A stretch of DNA of 11,911 bases from a bacterium (GTDB lineage: Bacteria > Krumholzibacteriota > Krumholzibacteriia > LZORAL124-64-63): contig JANOEP010000001.1 of NCBI GenBank assembly GCA_031441465.1, forward strand, positions 1-11,911, given 5' to 3'. Position numbers and translations under genes: made by a program. Under the pieces are notes generated by a model that was not told where the DNA came from, searched no databases, and was given only the letters and a program-made list of their open reading frames with translations. Positions 1 through 7,320 of the stretch are shown piece by piece (position 1 is the stretch's first letter; each line of letters starts with the position of its first letter).

Positions 1-1
1 C

Positions 2-1336
2 CGGCCCGGCGAGCGCGTGCCCGCCGGCGCCTTCAACGCGGGCGAAACGGGGTTCCGGCTGGCCGCCGTGGAGGACTTCTCCGACTCGCAGCTGCACGAC
101 CTGCTGCGCCTGGACGCCGCACGCGAAGCCGACGCCGACGCGCCCCGCGACGCCTGGCACCGCATCGCCACGGTGTACGTCGGGGTCGTGTTCCTGCTGG
201 CCGCCACGGGGTTCGTGACCTGGCTCGGCGCGGGCCTGCAGCGGGCGGTGGCGGTGGCGGTCTCGGTGCTGGTGGTGACCTGCCCCTGCGCGCTGGGCCT
301 GGCCGTGCCGCTGGCGCGCGAACTGGTGCACGTCGGGCTGCGACGACGCGGCGTGCTGCTGCGCCGCAACAGCTACCTGGAAAAGGCGCTGCGCGTGCGC
401 AAGATCCTCTTCGACAAGACGGGCACGCTGACCCGCGGTCTGCTGGCGCTGGCCGACGCGTCCCGCCGCGAGGCGCTGGCGCTGCCCTTGGCCGAACGTC
501 GCGTGCTGTGGAACCTGACCGGCCGCAGCAGCCACCCGGTGAGCCGCTGCGTCGCGGCGGCCCTGTCGCTGAACGACGCCGCCTCGGCGCAGGAGGGCGC
601 CGCCCGGCTCGATCCCGCGGCCGACGACGTGCGCGAGATTCCCGGCGAGGGCCTGGTCTGGGAACGAGACGGCGTCGTCTGGCGCTTCGGCCGCCCCTCG
701 TTCGCCGCGCCCGCGACCCCCGACGCCTTTGCCGGATGCAGCGTCTTCAGCCGCGACGGCCTGCCGCTGGCGGCGCTGACGCTGGTCGAGGAGATGAAGC
801 CGGACGCCGCCGCCGAAGTGGCGCGGCTACGGGCCGCCGGGTACGAAGTCCACCTGCTGAGCGGCGACGCGCCCGCGCGCGTCCAGGCGGCCGCCGCCGC
901 CCTCGGCCTGGACGCCGGCCGGGTCCGCGGCGGGCTGTCCCCGCAGGCGAAGGCCGCAGCCGTGCGCGCCCTGGACGATCGCGACACCCTGATGGTCGGC
1001 GACGGTCTGAACGACAGCCCCAGCTTCGACGCGGCCTGGACGGCGGCCACCCCGGCCGTGGACCGCGTCGTGCTGCCGCACAAGGCCGACTTCTATTACC
1101 TGGGCGACGGCGTCGCCGCCGTGCGCCGCTCGCTGGACGCCGCCCGTCGCCTGCGCGCCGTCCAGCGCGGCAACCTGCTGTTCGCCGGCATCTACAACCT
1201 GGTCGCGGTCGGTCTCTGCCTGTCGGGATTGGTCACCCCGGTGGTGGCCGCGGTGCTGATGCCCGTCAGTTCCGTGACGGTGGTCGCGGTGACCGCCGCG
1301 CGTCTGGGTGCGCGGAGGTCCCTGTGGACGTCCTGA
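2..1336 (+). CDS. ccoI: Heavy-metal (Cu) P1B-type ATPase CcoI/FixI, 5'-truncated by the window edge
   Basis: Frame is open from position 2 (RPGERVPAGAFN...). Motifs: VVTCPCALGLAVP (CPC), FDKTGTLT (phosphorylation), SSHP, LLSGD, MVGDGLND, and C-terminal YN...LMPVSS. Lies directly upstream of ccoS/ccoN. Confidence 0.92.
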   Translation, partial: RPGERVPAGAFNAGETGFRLAAVEDFSDSQLHDLLRLDAAREADADAPRDAWHRIATVYVGVVFLLAATGFVTWLGAGLQRAVAVAVSVLVVTCPCALGLAVPLARELVHVGLRRRGVLLRRNSYLEKALRVRKILFDKTGTLTRGLLALADASRREALALPLAERRVLWNLTGRSSHPVSRCVAAALSLNDAASAQEGAARLDPAADDVREIPGEGLVWERDGVVWRFGRPSFAAPATPDAFAGCSVFSRDGLPLAALTLVEEMKPDAAAEVARLRAAGYEVHLLSGDAPARVQAAAAALGLDAGRVRGGLSPQAKAAAVRALDDRDTLMVGDGLNDSPSFDAAWTAATPAVDRVVLPHKADFYYLGDGVAAVRRSLDAARRLRAVQRGNLLFAGIYNLVAVGLCLSGLVTPVVAAVLMPVSSVTVVAVTAARLGARRSLWTS

Positions 1337-1503
1337 TGATCACCGTCTTCGTCAGCCTGTTGCTGGTCGTCGGCGGGCTGGTGCTGTTCTTCGTCCGCCA
1401 GCGCGCGGGCGATTTCGACCACGGGGACCGCCTGTCGCTGCTGCCTTTGGCCGACGACCCGCAGGGCGATCCCGTCCCGGACGTGAAACCGCAGGAGCCC
1501 TGA
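1324..1503 (+). CDS. ccoS: cbb3 oxidase maturation protein CcoS/FixS (59 aa)
   Basis: GTG at 1324 with GGAGG at 1314-1318, overlapping the ccoI stop. MDVLMITVFVSLLLVVGGLVLFFVRQRAGDFDHGDRLSLLPLADD is one TM helix followed by a G-[DQ]-F-D motif typical of CcoS. It is the C-terminal part of track ORF 508..1503. Confidence 0.85.
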   Translation: MDVLMITVFVSLLLVVGGLVLFFVRQRAGDFDHGDRLSLLPLADDPQGDPVPDVKPQEP

Positions 1504-1542
1504 GCGGGCTCGATCACCCCAGGCGAGGAGGCTCCGCGACTC

Positions 1543-3909
1543 ATGCAAGCCACGACTCCCGTCACCAAGCGCGTGGTGTACGACGACGACGTCGTCCGCG
1601 CATTCTCGCTCGCGACCATCATCTGGGGCGCCGTCGGCATGCTGGTCGGCGTCCTGGTCGCGACCCAGATGTCGTTCTGGCAGGCCAATCTCGGTCTGTC
1701 GTGGACGACCTTCGGCCGGCTGCGGCCGCTGCACACCAACGCGGTCATCTTCGCCTTCGTCGGCAACATGATGTTCGCGGGTGTCTACTACAGCACCCAG
1801 CGGCTGCTGAAGACGCGGATGGCCTCGGATCTGCTGAGCTGGGTCCACTTCTGGGGCTGGCAGGCGATCATCGTCGGCGCGGCCGTCACCTTCCCGCTGG
1901 GCCTGACCCAGGGCAAGGAATACGCGGAGCTGATCTGGCCCCTGGACCTGCTGGTCGTGCTGGTCTGGGTCGCCTTCGCCGTGAACTTCTTCTGGACGCT
2001 GGCCCGGCGCAACGAGCGCAACCTGTACGTGGCGATCTGGTTCTACATCTCGACGATCATCACCATCGCCGTGCTCTACATCGTCAACAACCTGCAGCTG
2101 CCGACCAGCCTGACGCATTCCTACTCGATCTTCACCGGCGTCCAGGACGCCCTGGTGCAGTGGTGGTACGGCCACAACGCCGTGGCCTTCTTCCTGACCA
2201 CCCCGATCCTGGGCATCATGTACTACTTCCTGCCCAAGGCCGCCGGGCGGCCGGTCTACTCGTACCGGCTGTCGATCGTGCACTTCTGGTCCCTGATCTT
2301 TCTCTACATCTGGGCCGGGCCGCACCACCTGCTCTACACGGCGCTGCCGGACTGGGCGCAGACGATGGGCATGATCTTCAGCGTCATGCTGTGGGCCCCG
2401 AGCTGGGGCGGCATGCTCAACGGCCTGCTGACCCTGCGCGGCGCCTGGGACAAGCTGCGCACCGACCCGATCATCAAGTTCTACATCGTCGCGGTGACCT
2501 TCTACGGCATGAGCACCTTCGAGGGGCCGCTGCTCTCGATCAAGAGCGTCAGCGCCCTGGGCCACTACACCGACTGGATCATCGGCCACGTCCACGGCGG
2601 CGCCCTGGGCTGGAACGGCTTCATGGCCTTCGGCATGCTCTACTGGATGGTGCCGCGGCTGTGGGGCACGCAGCTCAAGTCGGTGCGCCTGGCCGAGGTC
2701 CACTTCTGGATCGCGACCTTCGGCATCCTGCTCTACGTCGTCGCGATGTGGATCTCCGGCGTCAGCCAGGGCCTGTTCTGGCGCGCCCTGGACGCCGAGG
2801 GCTTCCTGAAGTACCCGGACTTCATCGAAGGCCTGATCGCCTCGCGGTTCATGTACCAGATGCGCCTGATCGGCGGCCTGGCCTACTTCGCCGGCGCCCT
2901 GCTGATGGTCGGCAACCTTTGGGCGACGATCCGCAGCGGCCGCCGGACCACCGTCGAGATCGAGGTGCAGGGTTACGCGCACGACGGCCCGGGCTTCTGG
3001 GCGCTGATGCGCGGCGCGCCGGTGCTCTATTCGCTGGCGGTGATCGTGCTCTCGCTGGTGCTGTTCTTCTCGGGCACCCTCGGCAGCGCCATCGCCCTGG
3101 CCGGCTTCGGCGTGCTGGTGATCGCCGGCGCCCTGTCGATCGGCGCGGAGAAGTCCCGCCGGAGCTGGCACGACCTGATCGAGGGCCACTCGCTGGCCTT
3201 CACGGTGCTCGTCCTGGTGGCGATCCTCGTAGGCGGCCTGGTGGAGATCGTGCCCCTGGTCGTTGCCAAGAAGGACGTGCCGGCGCAGGTCGCGCACGCC
3301 GACTCGGTCTGGGCCGCCAAGGGCGAGTACGTCTTCGTGCAGATGCCCTACAGCCCGCTGGAGGTCGAGGGCCGCGACATCTACGTGCGCGAAGGCTGCT
3401 ACGTCTGCCACAGCCAGATGATCCGCCCGTTCCGCCACGAGACGCTGCGCTACGGCGAGTACAGCCGGGCCACCGAGTTCATCTACGACACGCCGTTCCA
3501 GTGGGGATCCAAGCGCACCGGGCCCGACCTGCACCGCGAGGGCGGCAAGTACGCCAACGTCTGGCACTACCTGCACCTGATCGACCCGCGTTCGACCTCG
3601 CCGGGCTCCAACATGCCCCCGTACGCACACCTGAAGACGCACCCGGTCGACCTGGGCGGCACCGCCGGCAAGCTGCGGGTCCTGCGCAAGCTGGGCGTGC
3701 CCTACGACGAGGCCGAGATCGCCGGCGCGACCGCGACCGCGCGCGCGCAGGGCGGGCTGATCGTCGCCGATCTGGCCACCCAGGGCATCACGGTCGCGTC
3801 CGACAGCGAACTGGTCGCCCTGATCTCCTACCTGCAGCGCCTCGGGCGCGGCCCGCAGCCCGTGGCTGCGGTTCCGGTCGCTGTGGCCGCGCGGGAGGTA
3901 TCCCGATGA
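1543..3909 (+). CDS. ccoNO: Fused cbb3-type cytochrome c oxidase subunits I/II (CcoN-CcoO), 788 aa
   Basis: CcoN motifs GRLRPLHTNAVIF, KEYAEL, QWWYGHNAV, YIWAGPHHL and HVHGGALGW. CcoO motifs GRDIYVREGCYVCHSQMIRP, QWGSKRTGPDL and PGSNMP. SD GAGGAGG lies upstream. Confidence 0.97.
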   Translation: MQATTPVTKRVVYDDDVVRAFSLATIIWGAVGMLVGVLVATQMSFWQANLGLSWTTFGRLRPLHTNAVIFAFVGNMMFAGVYYSTQRLLKTRMASDLLSWVHFWGWQAIIVGAAVTFPLGLTQGKEYAELIWPLDLLVVLVWVAFAVNFFWTLARRNERNLYVAIWFYISTIITIAVLYIVNNLQLPTSLTHSYSIFTGVQDALVQWWYGHNAVAFFLTTPILGIMYYFLPKAAGRPVYSYRLSIVHFWSLIFLYIWAGPHHLLYTALPDWAQTMGMIFSVMLWAPSWGGMLNGLLTLRGAWDKLRTDPIIKFYIVAVTFYGMSTFEGPLLSIKSVSALGHYTDWIIGHVHGGALGWNGFMAFGMLYWMVPRLWGTQLKSVRLAEVHFWIATFGILLYVVAMWISGVSQGLFWRALDAEGFLKYPDFIEGLIASRFMYQMRLIGGLAYFAGALLMVGNLWATIRSGRRTTVEIEVQGYAHDGPGFWALMRGAPVLYSLAVIVLSLVLFFSGTLGSAIALAGFGVLVIAGALSIGAEKSRRSWHDLIEGHSLAFTVLVLVAILVGGLVEIVPLVVAKKDVPAQVAHADSVWAAKGEYVFVQMPYSPLEVEGRDIYVREGCYVCHSQMIRPFRHETLRYGEYSRATEFIYDTPFQWGSKRTGPDLHREGGKYANVWHYLHLIDPRSTSPGSNMPPYAHLKTHPVDLGGTAGKLRVLRKLGVPYDEAEIAGATATARAQGGLIVADLATQGITVASDSELVALISYLQRLGRGPQPVAAVPVAVAAREVSR

Positions 3910-4106
3910 GCGAGTGGTTCTTCCGCGACAACCCGCTGCTCGTCTGGCCGCTGGTCGGGCTGGGCATCTTCGCCGCGGCGTTCCTGCTGGTGATCCTCTA
4001 CGTGACGGTCGGGCTGCGCCACGACCGCGAGATCGAGCGCATGGCGGCGCTCCCCCTGGCCGACGAGGCGGCGGCCGCTCTCGAGGAAGGAGACGTGCAG
4101 CGATGA
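3906..4106 (+). CDS. ccoQ: cbb3 oxidase small subunit CcoQ (66 aa)
   Basis: ATGA overlap with the ccoNO stop and a GGGAGG SD. MSEWFFRDNPLLVWPLVGLGIFAAAFLLVILYV...IERMAALPLADE is one TM helix plus the M-A-x-L-P-L-x-D tail of CcoQ. Lies between ccoO and ccoP. Confidence 0.85.
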   Translation: MSEWFFRDNPLLVWPLVGLGIFAAAFLLVILYVTVGLRHDREIERMAALPLADEAAAALEEGDVQR

Positions 4107-4735
4107 GCGAGCACAAGCCCGACGAACTGCGCAGTCACGCTTACGACGGCATCGAGGAGTACGACAACAAGCTGCCCAACTGGTGGCTGTTCATCCTGTA
4201 CGGGTCGATCGTCTTCGCGATCGGTTACTGGCTGGTCTTCCACACCTTCTCGATCGTCGACCTGCCGCGCGCCCGCTACGACAAGGAGATGATCGCAGCC
4301 TCCGAAGTGCAGCTTGCGCGCATGGCCAAGAACGGTCTCACCGACGAGAGCCTGTCGCTGATGGCCGCGATCCCGGCGCAGGTCGAGTCGGGCCGCCAGC
4401 TCTACACGACCTACTGCGTGGTCTGCCACGCCGATCGCGGCCAGGGTCTGGTCGGCCCGAACCTGACCGACGGCGTCTGGATCCACGGCGGCCGGCCGCT
4501 GGACATCCACAAGACGGTCACCGACGGCGTGCCGAGCAAGGGCATGGCCGCCTGGGGCCGCCAGCTCGGTCCGACGCGCGTGCAGCAGGTCGTGGCCTAC
4601 GTCCTGACGCTCAAGGGCACCGAGGTGCCGGGCAAGGCCCCCGAAGGCGTGCCCGAGGCGGAGGCGTCCCCGGTGACTCCGGCCCCGGCCACGCCTGCGG
4701 TGCCCGCACCGGGCGGGACGGCCGGCAATGGCTGA
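4103..4735 (+). CDS. ccoP: cbb3 oxidase subunit III CcoP, monoheme (210 aa)
   Basis: ATG at 4103 (ATGA overlap with the ccoQ stop, AGGAG SD). HAYDGIEEYDNKLPNWW is the CcoP N-terminal motif. One TM helix, a single CVVCH, VGPNLTD, and GMAAW as candidate Met ligand. The track start at 3914 is too far upstream. Confidence 0.93.
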   Translation: MSEHKPDELRSHAYDGIEEYDNKLPNWWLFILYGSIVFAIGYWLVFHTFSIVDLPRARYDKEMIAASEVQLARMAKNGLTDESLSLMAAIPAQVESGRQLYTTYCVVCHADRGQGLVGPNLTDGVWIHGGRPLDIHKTVTDGVPSKGMAAWGRQLGPTRVQQVVAYVLTLKGTEVPGKAPEGVPEAEASPVTPAPATPAVPAPGGTAGNG

Positions 4736-6128
4736 GGAAGGCAAGGGCAGGAAGGAGCGCCGCCGGCCGGACCTGGACACGGTCTACTCGATCAACGCGG
4801 ACGGCTCGCGCAACTTCCTGCACCCGGCGGACGTCAGCGGCCGCTGGCAGGTCCTGAAGAACCTCGTGTTCATGGTGCTGCTGCTGGTCTACGCGGCGCT
4901 GCCCTGGCTCGTGATCGGCGGCCACCCGGCGGTCCACCTCGACCTGCCCGGCCGCCATGCCTACCTGTTCGGCTTGAGCTTCACGAATCAGGACTTCTAC
5001 CTGATGTTCTTCGTGCTGACGGGCATCGGGTTCGGCCTGTTCGTGGCGACGGCCCTCTGGGGCCGCATCTGGTGCGGCTACGCCTGCCCGCAGACCGTCT
5101 TCATGGAGGGCGTGTTCCGCAAGTTCGAGCGGTGGATCGAGGGGCCCCGGGTCGAGCGCATCCGCCGCAACCTGGGCCCGCCGACGGCGGGCCGCTTCTG
5201 GCGCAAGCTGCTCAAACACGCGATCTTCCTGGGCATCTCCTACGTCATCGCCCACGTGTTCCTGAGCTACTTCTTCCCGCCGCGCCAGCTGCTGTACGTG
5301 ATCACGAGTTCGCCCGCGCTCCATCCCTCGGCCTTCGGCTGGTCGATGTTCTGGACCGCGGTGCTGTACTTCGACTTCGCCTGGTTCCGCGAGCAGACCT
5401 GCCTGATCATCTGCCCGTACGGACGGCTGCAGTCCTCGCTCATCGACCAGGACACGATCATCATCGGCTACGACGAGAAGCGCGGCGAGCCCCGGCACAA
5501 GGGCAAGGACGAGGGCGGCGACTGCGTCGACTGCTACCGCTGTGTGGAGGTCTGCCCGACCGGGATCGACATCCGCGGCGGCCTGCAGATGGAGTGCATC
5601 GGCTGCACCAACTGCATCGACGCCTGCGACGACGTGATGCGGCGCATCGGCAAGCCGCAGGGCCTGGTGCGCTACGATTCCCAGCGGGCCTTTATGGGCG
5701 AGCCGCGCCGGCCGCTGCTGCGCGCGCGCACCATCGTCTACGCCTGCCTGGGCCTGTTGGGCCTGACGGTGGCGACGCTGTCGGCCGGCAGCCGCGAGGG
5801 ATTCCAGGCCAACGCCCTGCGCCAGGCGGGGATGCCCTACCTGCTCGAGGGCGACCGCATCCGCAACCTCTACACCCTGCACCTGCAGAACAAGGGCGAC
5901 CGGGCGGCCACCTACAGCATTTCCCTGTCGTCCGGCGACCGGCCCGGCCTGGAACTCATCCTGCCGCAGCCGATCGTCCGCCTCGACCCCTTGCAGGACG
6001 GGCAGACGCCGCTGTTCCTGTACCTCGACCGCGCGCTCTACTCGGGAGCCTTCCCGCTGACCCTCACGGTGACCGACTCGCTCACCGGCGAGCTGCGCAA
6101 CCTCGACGTCCAGTTCCGGGGGCCCTGA
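4728..6128 (+). CDS. ccoG: Cytochrome c oxidase accessory protein CcoG/FixG (4Fe-4S membrane protein)
   Basis: GRIWCGYACPQTVF, CLIICPYGRLQ, and two ferredoxin motifs (CVDCYRCVEVCP and CIGCTNCIDACD). C-terminal FixG Ig-like region (IRNLYTLHLQNK). Overlaps ccoP by 8 nt. Confidence 0.95.
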   Translation: MAEEGKGRKERRRPDLDTVYSINADGSRNFLHPADVSGRWQVLKNLVFMVLLLVYAALPWLVIGGHPAVHLDLPGRHAYLFGLSFTNQDFYLMFFVLTGIGFGLFVATALWGRIWCGYACPQTVFMEGVFRKFERWIEGPRVERIRRNLGPPTAGRFWRKLLKHAIFLGISYVIAHVFLSYFFPPRQLLYVITSSPALHPSAFGWSMFWTAVLYFDFAWFREQTCLIICPYGRLQSSLIDQDTIIIGYDEKRGEPRHKGKDEGGDCVDCYRCVEVCPTGIDIRGGLQMECIGCTNCIDACDDVMRRIGKPQGLVRYDSQRAFMGEPRRPLLRARTIVYACLGLLGLTVATLSAGSREGFQANALRQAGMPYLLEGDRIRNLYTLHLQNKGDRAATYSISLSSGDRPGLELILPQPIVRLDPLQDGQTPLFLYLDRALYSGAFPLTLTVTDSLTGELRNLDVQFRGP

Positions 6129-6130
6129 CC

Positions 6131-6253
6131 GTGAAGCGCTGGCTGAAACACCATCCCTGGATCTGGATCGTCGTCTTCTTCCTGTTCGTGATGGGGATGA
6201 ACGCGGCCTTCGTAGTGATCGCGATCCTGCATCGTCCCGAGCTGGTGAAGTAG
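6131..6253 (+). CDS. 40-aa single-TM protein resembling the N-terminal helix of CcoH/FixH
   Basis: GTG 2 nt after the ccoG stop. Sequence MKRWLKHHPWIWIVVFFLFVMGMNAAFVVIAILHRPELVK. Occupies the usual ccoH position, has GC-rich third codon positions, and is followed by a hairpin. Confidence 0.65.
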   Translation: MKRWLKHHPWIWIVVFFLFVMGMNAAFVVIAILHRPELVK

Positions 6254-6278
6254 CTGCGACCCGCCGCCGCACAACGAG

Positions 6279-6306
6279 AAGGGCCCGACCTCGCGGCCGG
6301 GCCCTT
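6279..6306. terminator. Intrinsic terminator-like hairpin between the convergent cco and kor operons
   Basis: AAGGGCCCGACC-TCGC-GGCCGGGCCCTT. On the minus strand it is a 12-bp stem (one G-U) with a GCGA (GNRA) loop running into UUCUC. The U-tracts are short on both strands. Confidence 0.7.
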
Positions 6307-6327
6307 GACCTGTTGGAATCCCGGCGG

Positions 6328-7320
6328 TCAGCCGACCTGCCAGGCGTCCTTCGTGTAGATCAGCTTCTTCAGGTCGCCCTTGCCCTTCTTGGCGGTCAGG
6401 CGGTCGACCTGCTCCTTCACGGCACCGTCGTAGGTCGGCTTGTCGAGCTGGCGGAAGATGCCCAGGGCGTGCGGCAGATCCTCCCGCTCGTCCAGGTAGG
6501 CCATGATGTAGGACAGAGGCTTGGTGGTCGTCGGGTCCCAGACGTCGGCATCGGCCGCCGAGACGACCTCGACCTCGCCGCCGGAGATGCGCAGGCCCTT
6601 CTCGTTCTCCTTGCCGAAGATCAGGGGCTGCCCCGGCTGCAGGTCGATCGTCCGCTCGGCGCGGGCCTCCTTCGTCGACCAGTCCTTCCAGACGCCGTCG
6701 TTGAAGATCACGCAGTTCTGCCAGATCTCGACGAAGGCGATGCCCTTGTGGGCGGCGGCGGCCAGCAGGGTGCTCTTGATGTGCTTGGGGTTCGTGTCCA
6801 CGGTGCGGGCCACGAACGTCGCCCCGGCGCCCAGCGCCAGGTTGATCGGGTTGAAGGGCAGGTCCACCGAGCCGTAGGGCGAAGTCTTGGTCTTCAGGCC
6901 CGCCGGCGAGGTGGGGGAGTACTGGCCCTTGGTCAAGCCGTAGATCTGGTTGTTGAACATCAGGATCTTGATGTCGACGTTGCGGCGCATGGCGTGGATC
7001 AGGTGGTTGCCGCCGATCGACATCGCGTCGCCGTCGCCGGTGACGACCCACACCGAGAGGTCGGGGTTGGCCGTCTTGGTGCCCGTGGCGATGGCGGCGG
7101 CGCGGCCGTGGATCCCGTGGAACCCGTAGCAGCCCATGTAGTAGGGGAAGCGGCTGGAGCAGCCGATGCCCGAGATGATCGCCATCTTCTCGCGGGGCAC
7201 GCCGATCTCGGCCAGCGCGGCCTGCGTGGCGTTCAGGATCGCGTAGTCGCCGCAGCCCGGGCACCAGCGCACTTCCTGGTCCGACTTGAGGTCCTTGGGT
7301 GTCAGTTGGACGGCGCTCAT
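6328..7320 (-). CDS. korB: 2-oxoacid:ferredoxin oxidoreductase beta subunit (TPP-binding)
   Basis: WCPGCGD, SGIGCSSR, IHGR, GDGDAMSIGGNHLIHAMRRN and NNQIYGLTKGQYSPT. ATGA overlap with the alpha gene. Substrate specificity cannot be read from sequence alone. Confidence 0.93.
   Translation of the reverse strand: MSAVQLTPKDLKSDQEVRWCPGCGDYAILNATQAALAEIGVPREKMAIISGIGCSSRFPYYMGCYGFHGIHGRAAAIATGTKTANPDLSVWVVTGDGDAMSIGGNHLIHAMRRNVDIKILMFNNQIYGLTKGQYSPTSPAGLKTKTSPYGSVDLPFNPINLALGAGATFVARTVDTNPKHIKSTLLAAAAHKGIAFVEIWQNCVIFNDGVWKDWSTKEARAERTIDLQPGQPLIFGKENEKGLRISGGEVEVVSAADADVWDPTTTKPLSYIMAYLDEREDLPHALGIFRQLDKPTYDGAVKEQVDRLTAKKGKGDLKKLIYTKDAWQVG

Noticed and set aside
3712..3747. AEIAGATATARA in CcoO resembles the ApbE flavinylation motif D-x-x-[ST]-G-A-[ST], which is tempting given the nearby apbE
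   Set aside because: It lacks the Asp and the first Ser/Thr. GVPYxxxxIAGA is ordinary CcoO sequence, so the match is probably coincidental.
1192..4116. Long alternative-frame and antisense ORFs (1192..4116 -, 1308..4106 +, also 4611..6272, 6313..7485, 7398..9485, 9515..10543)
   Set aside because: They are shadows of real genes caused by stop-codon scarcity at high GC, and are Arg/Gly/Ala/Pro-rich without motifs. Only the ends of 508..1503, 1308..4106 and 5072..6253 are real (ccoS, ccoQ, mini-CcoH).
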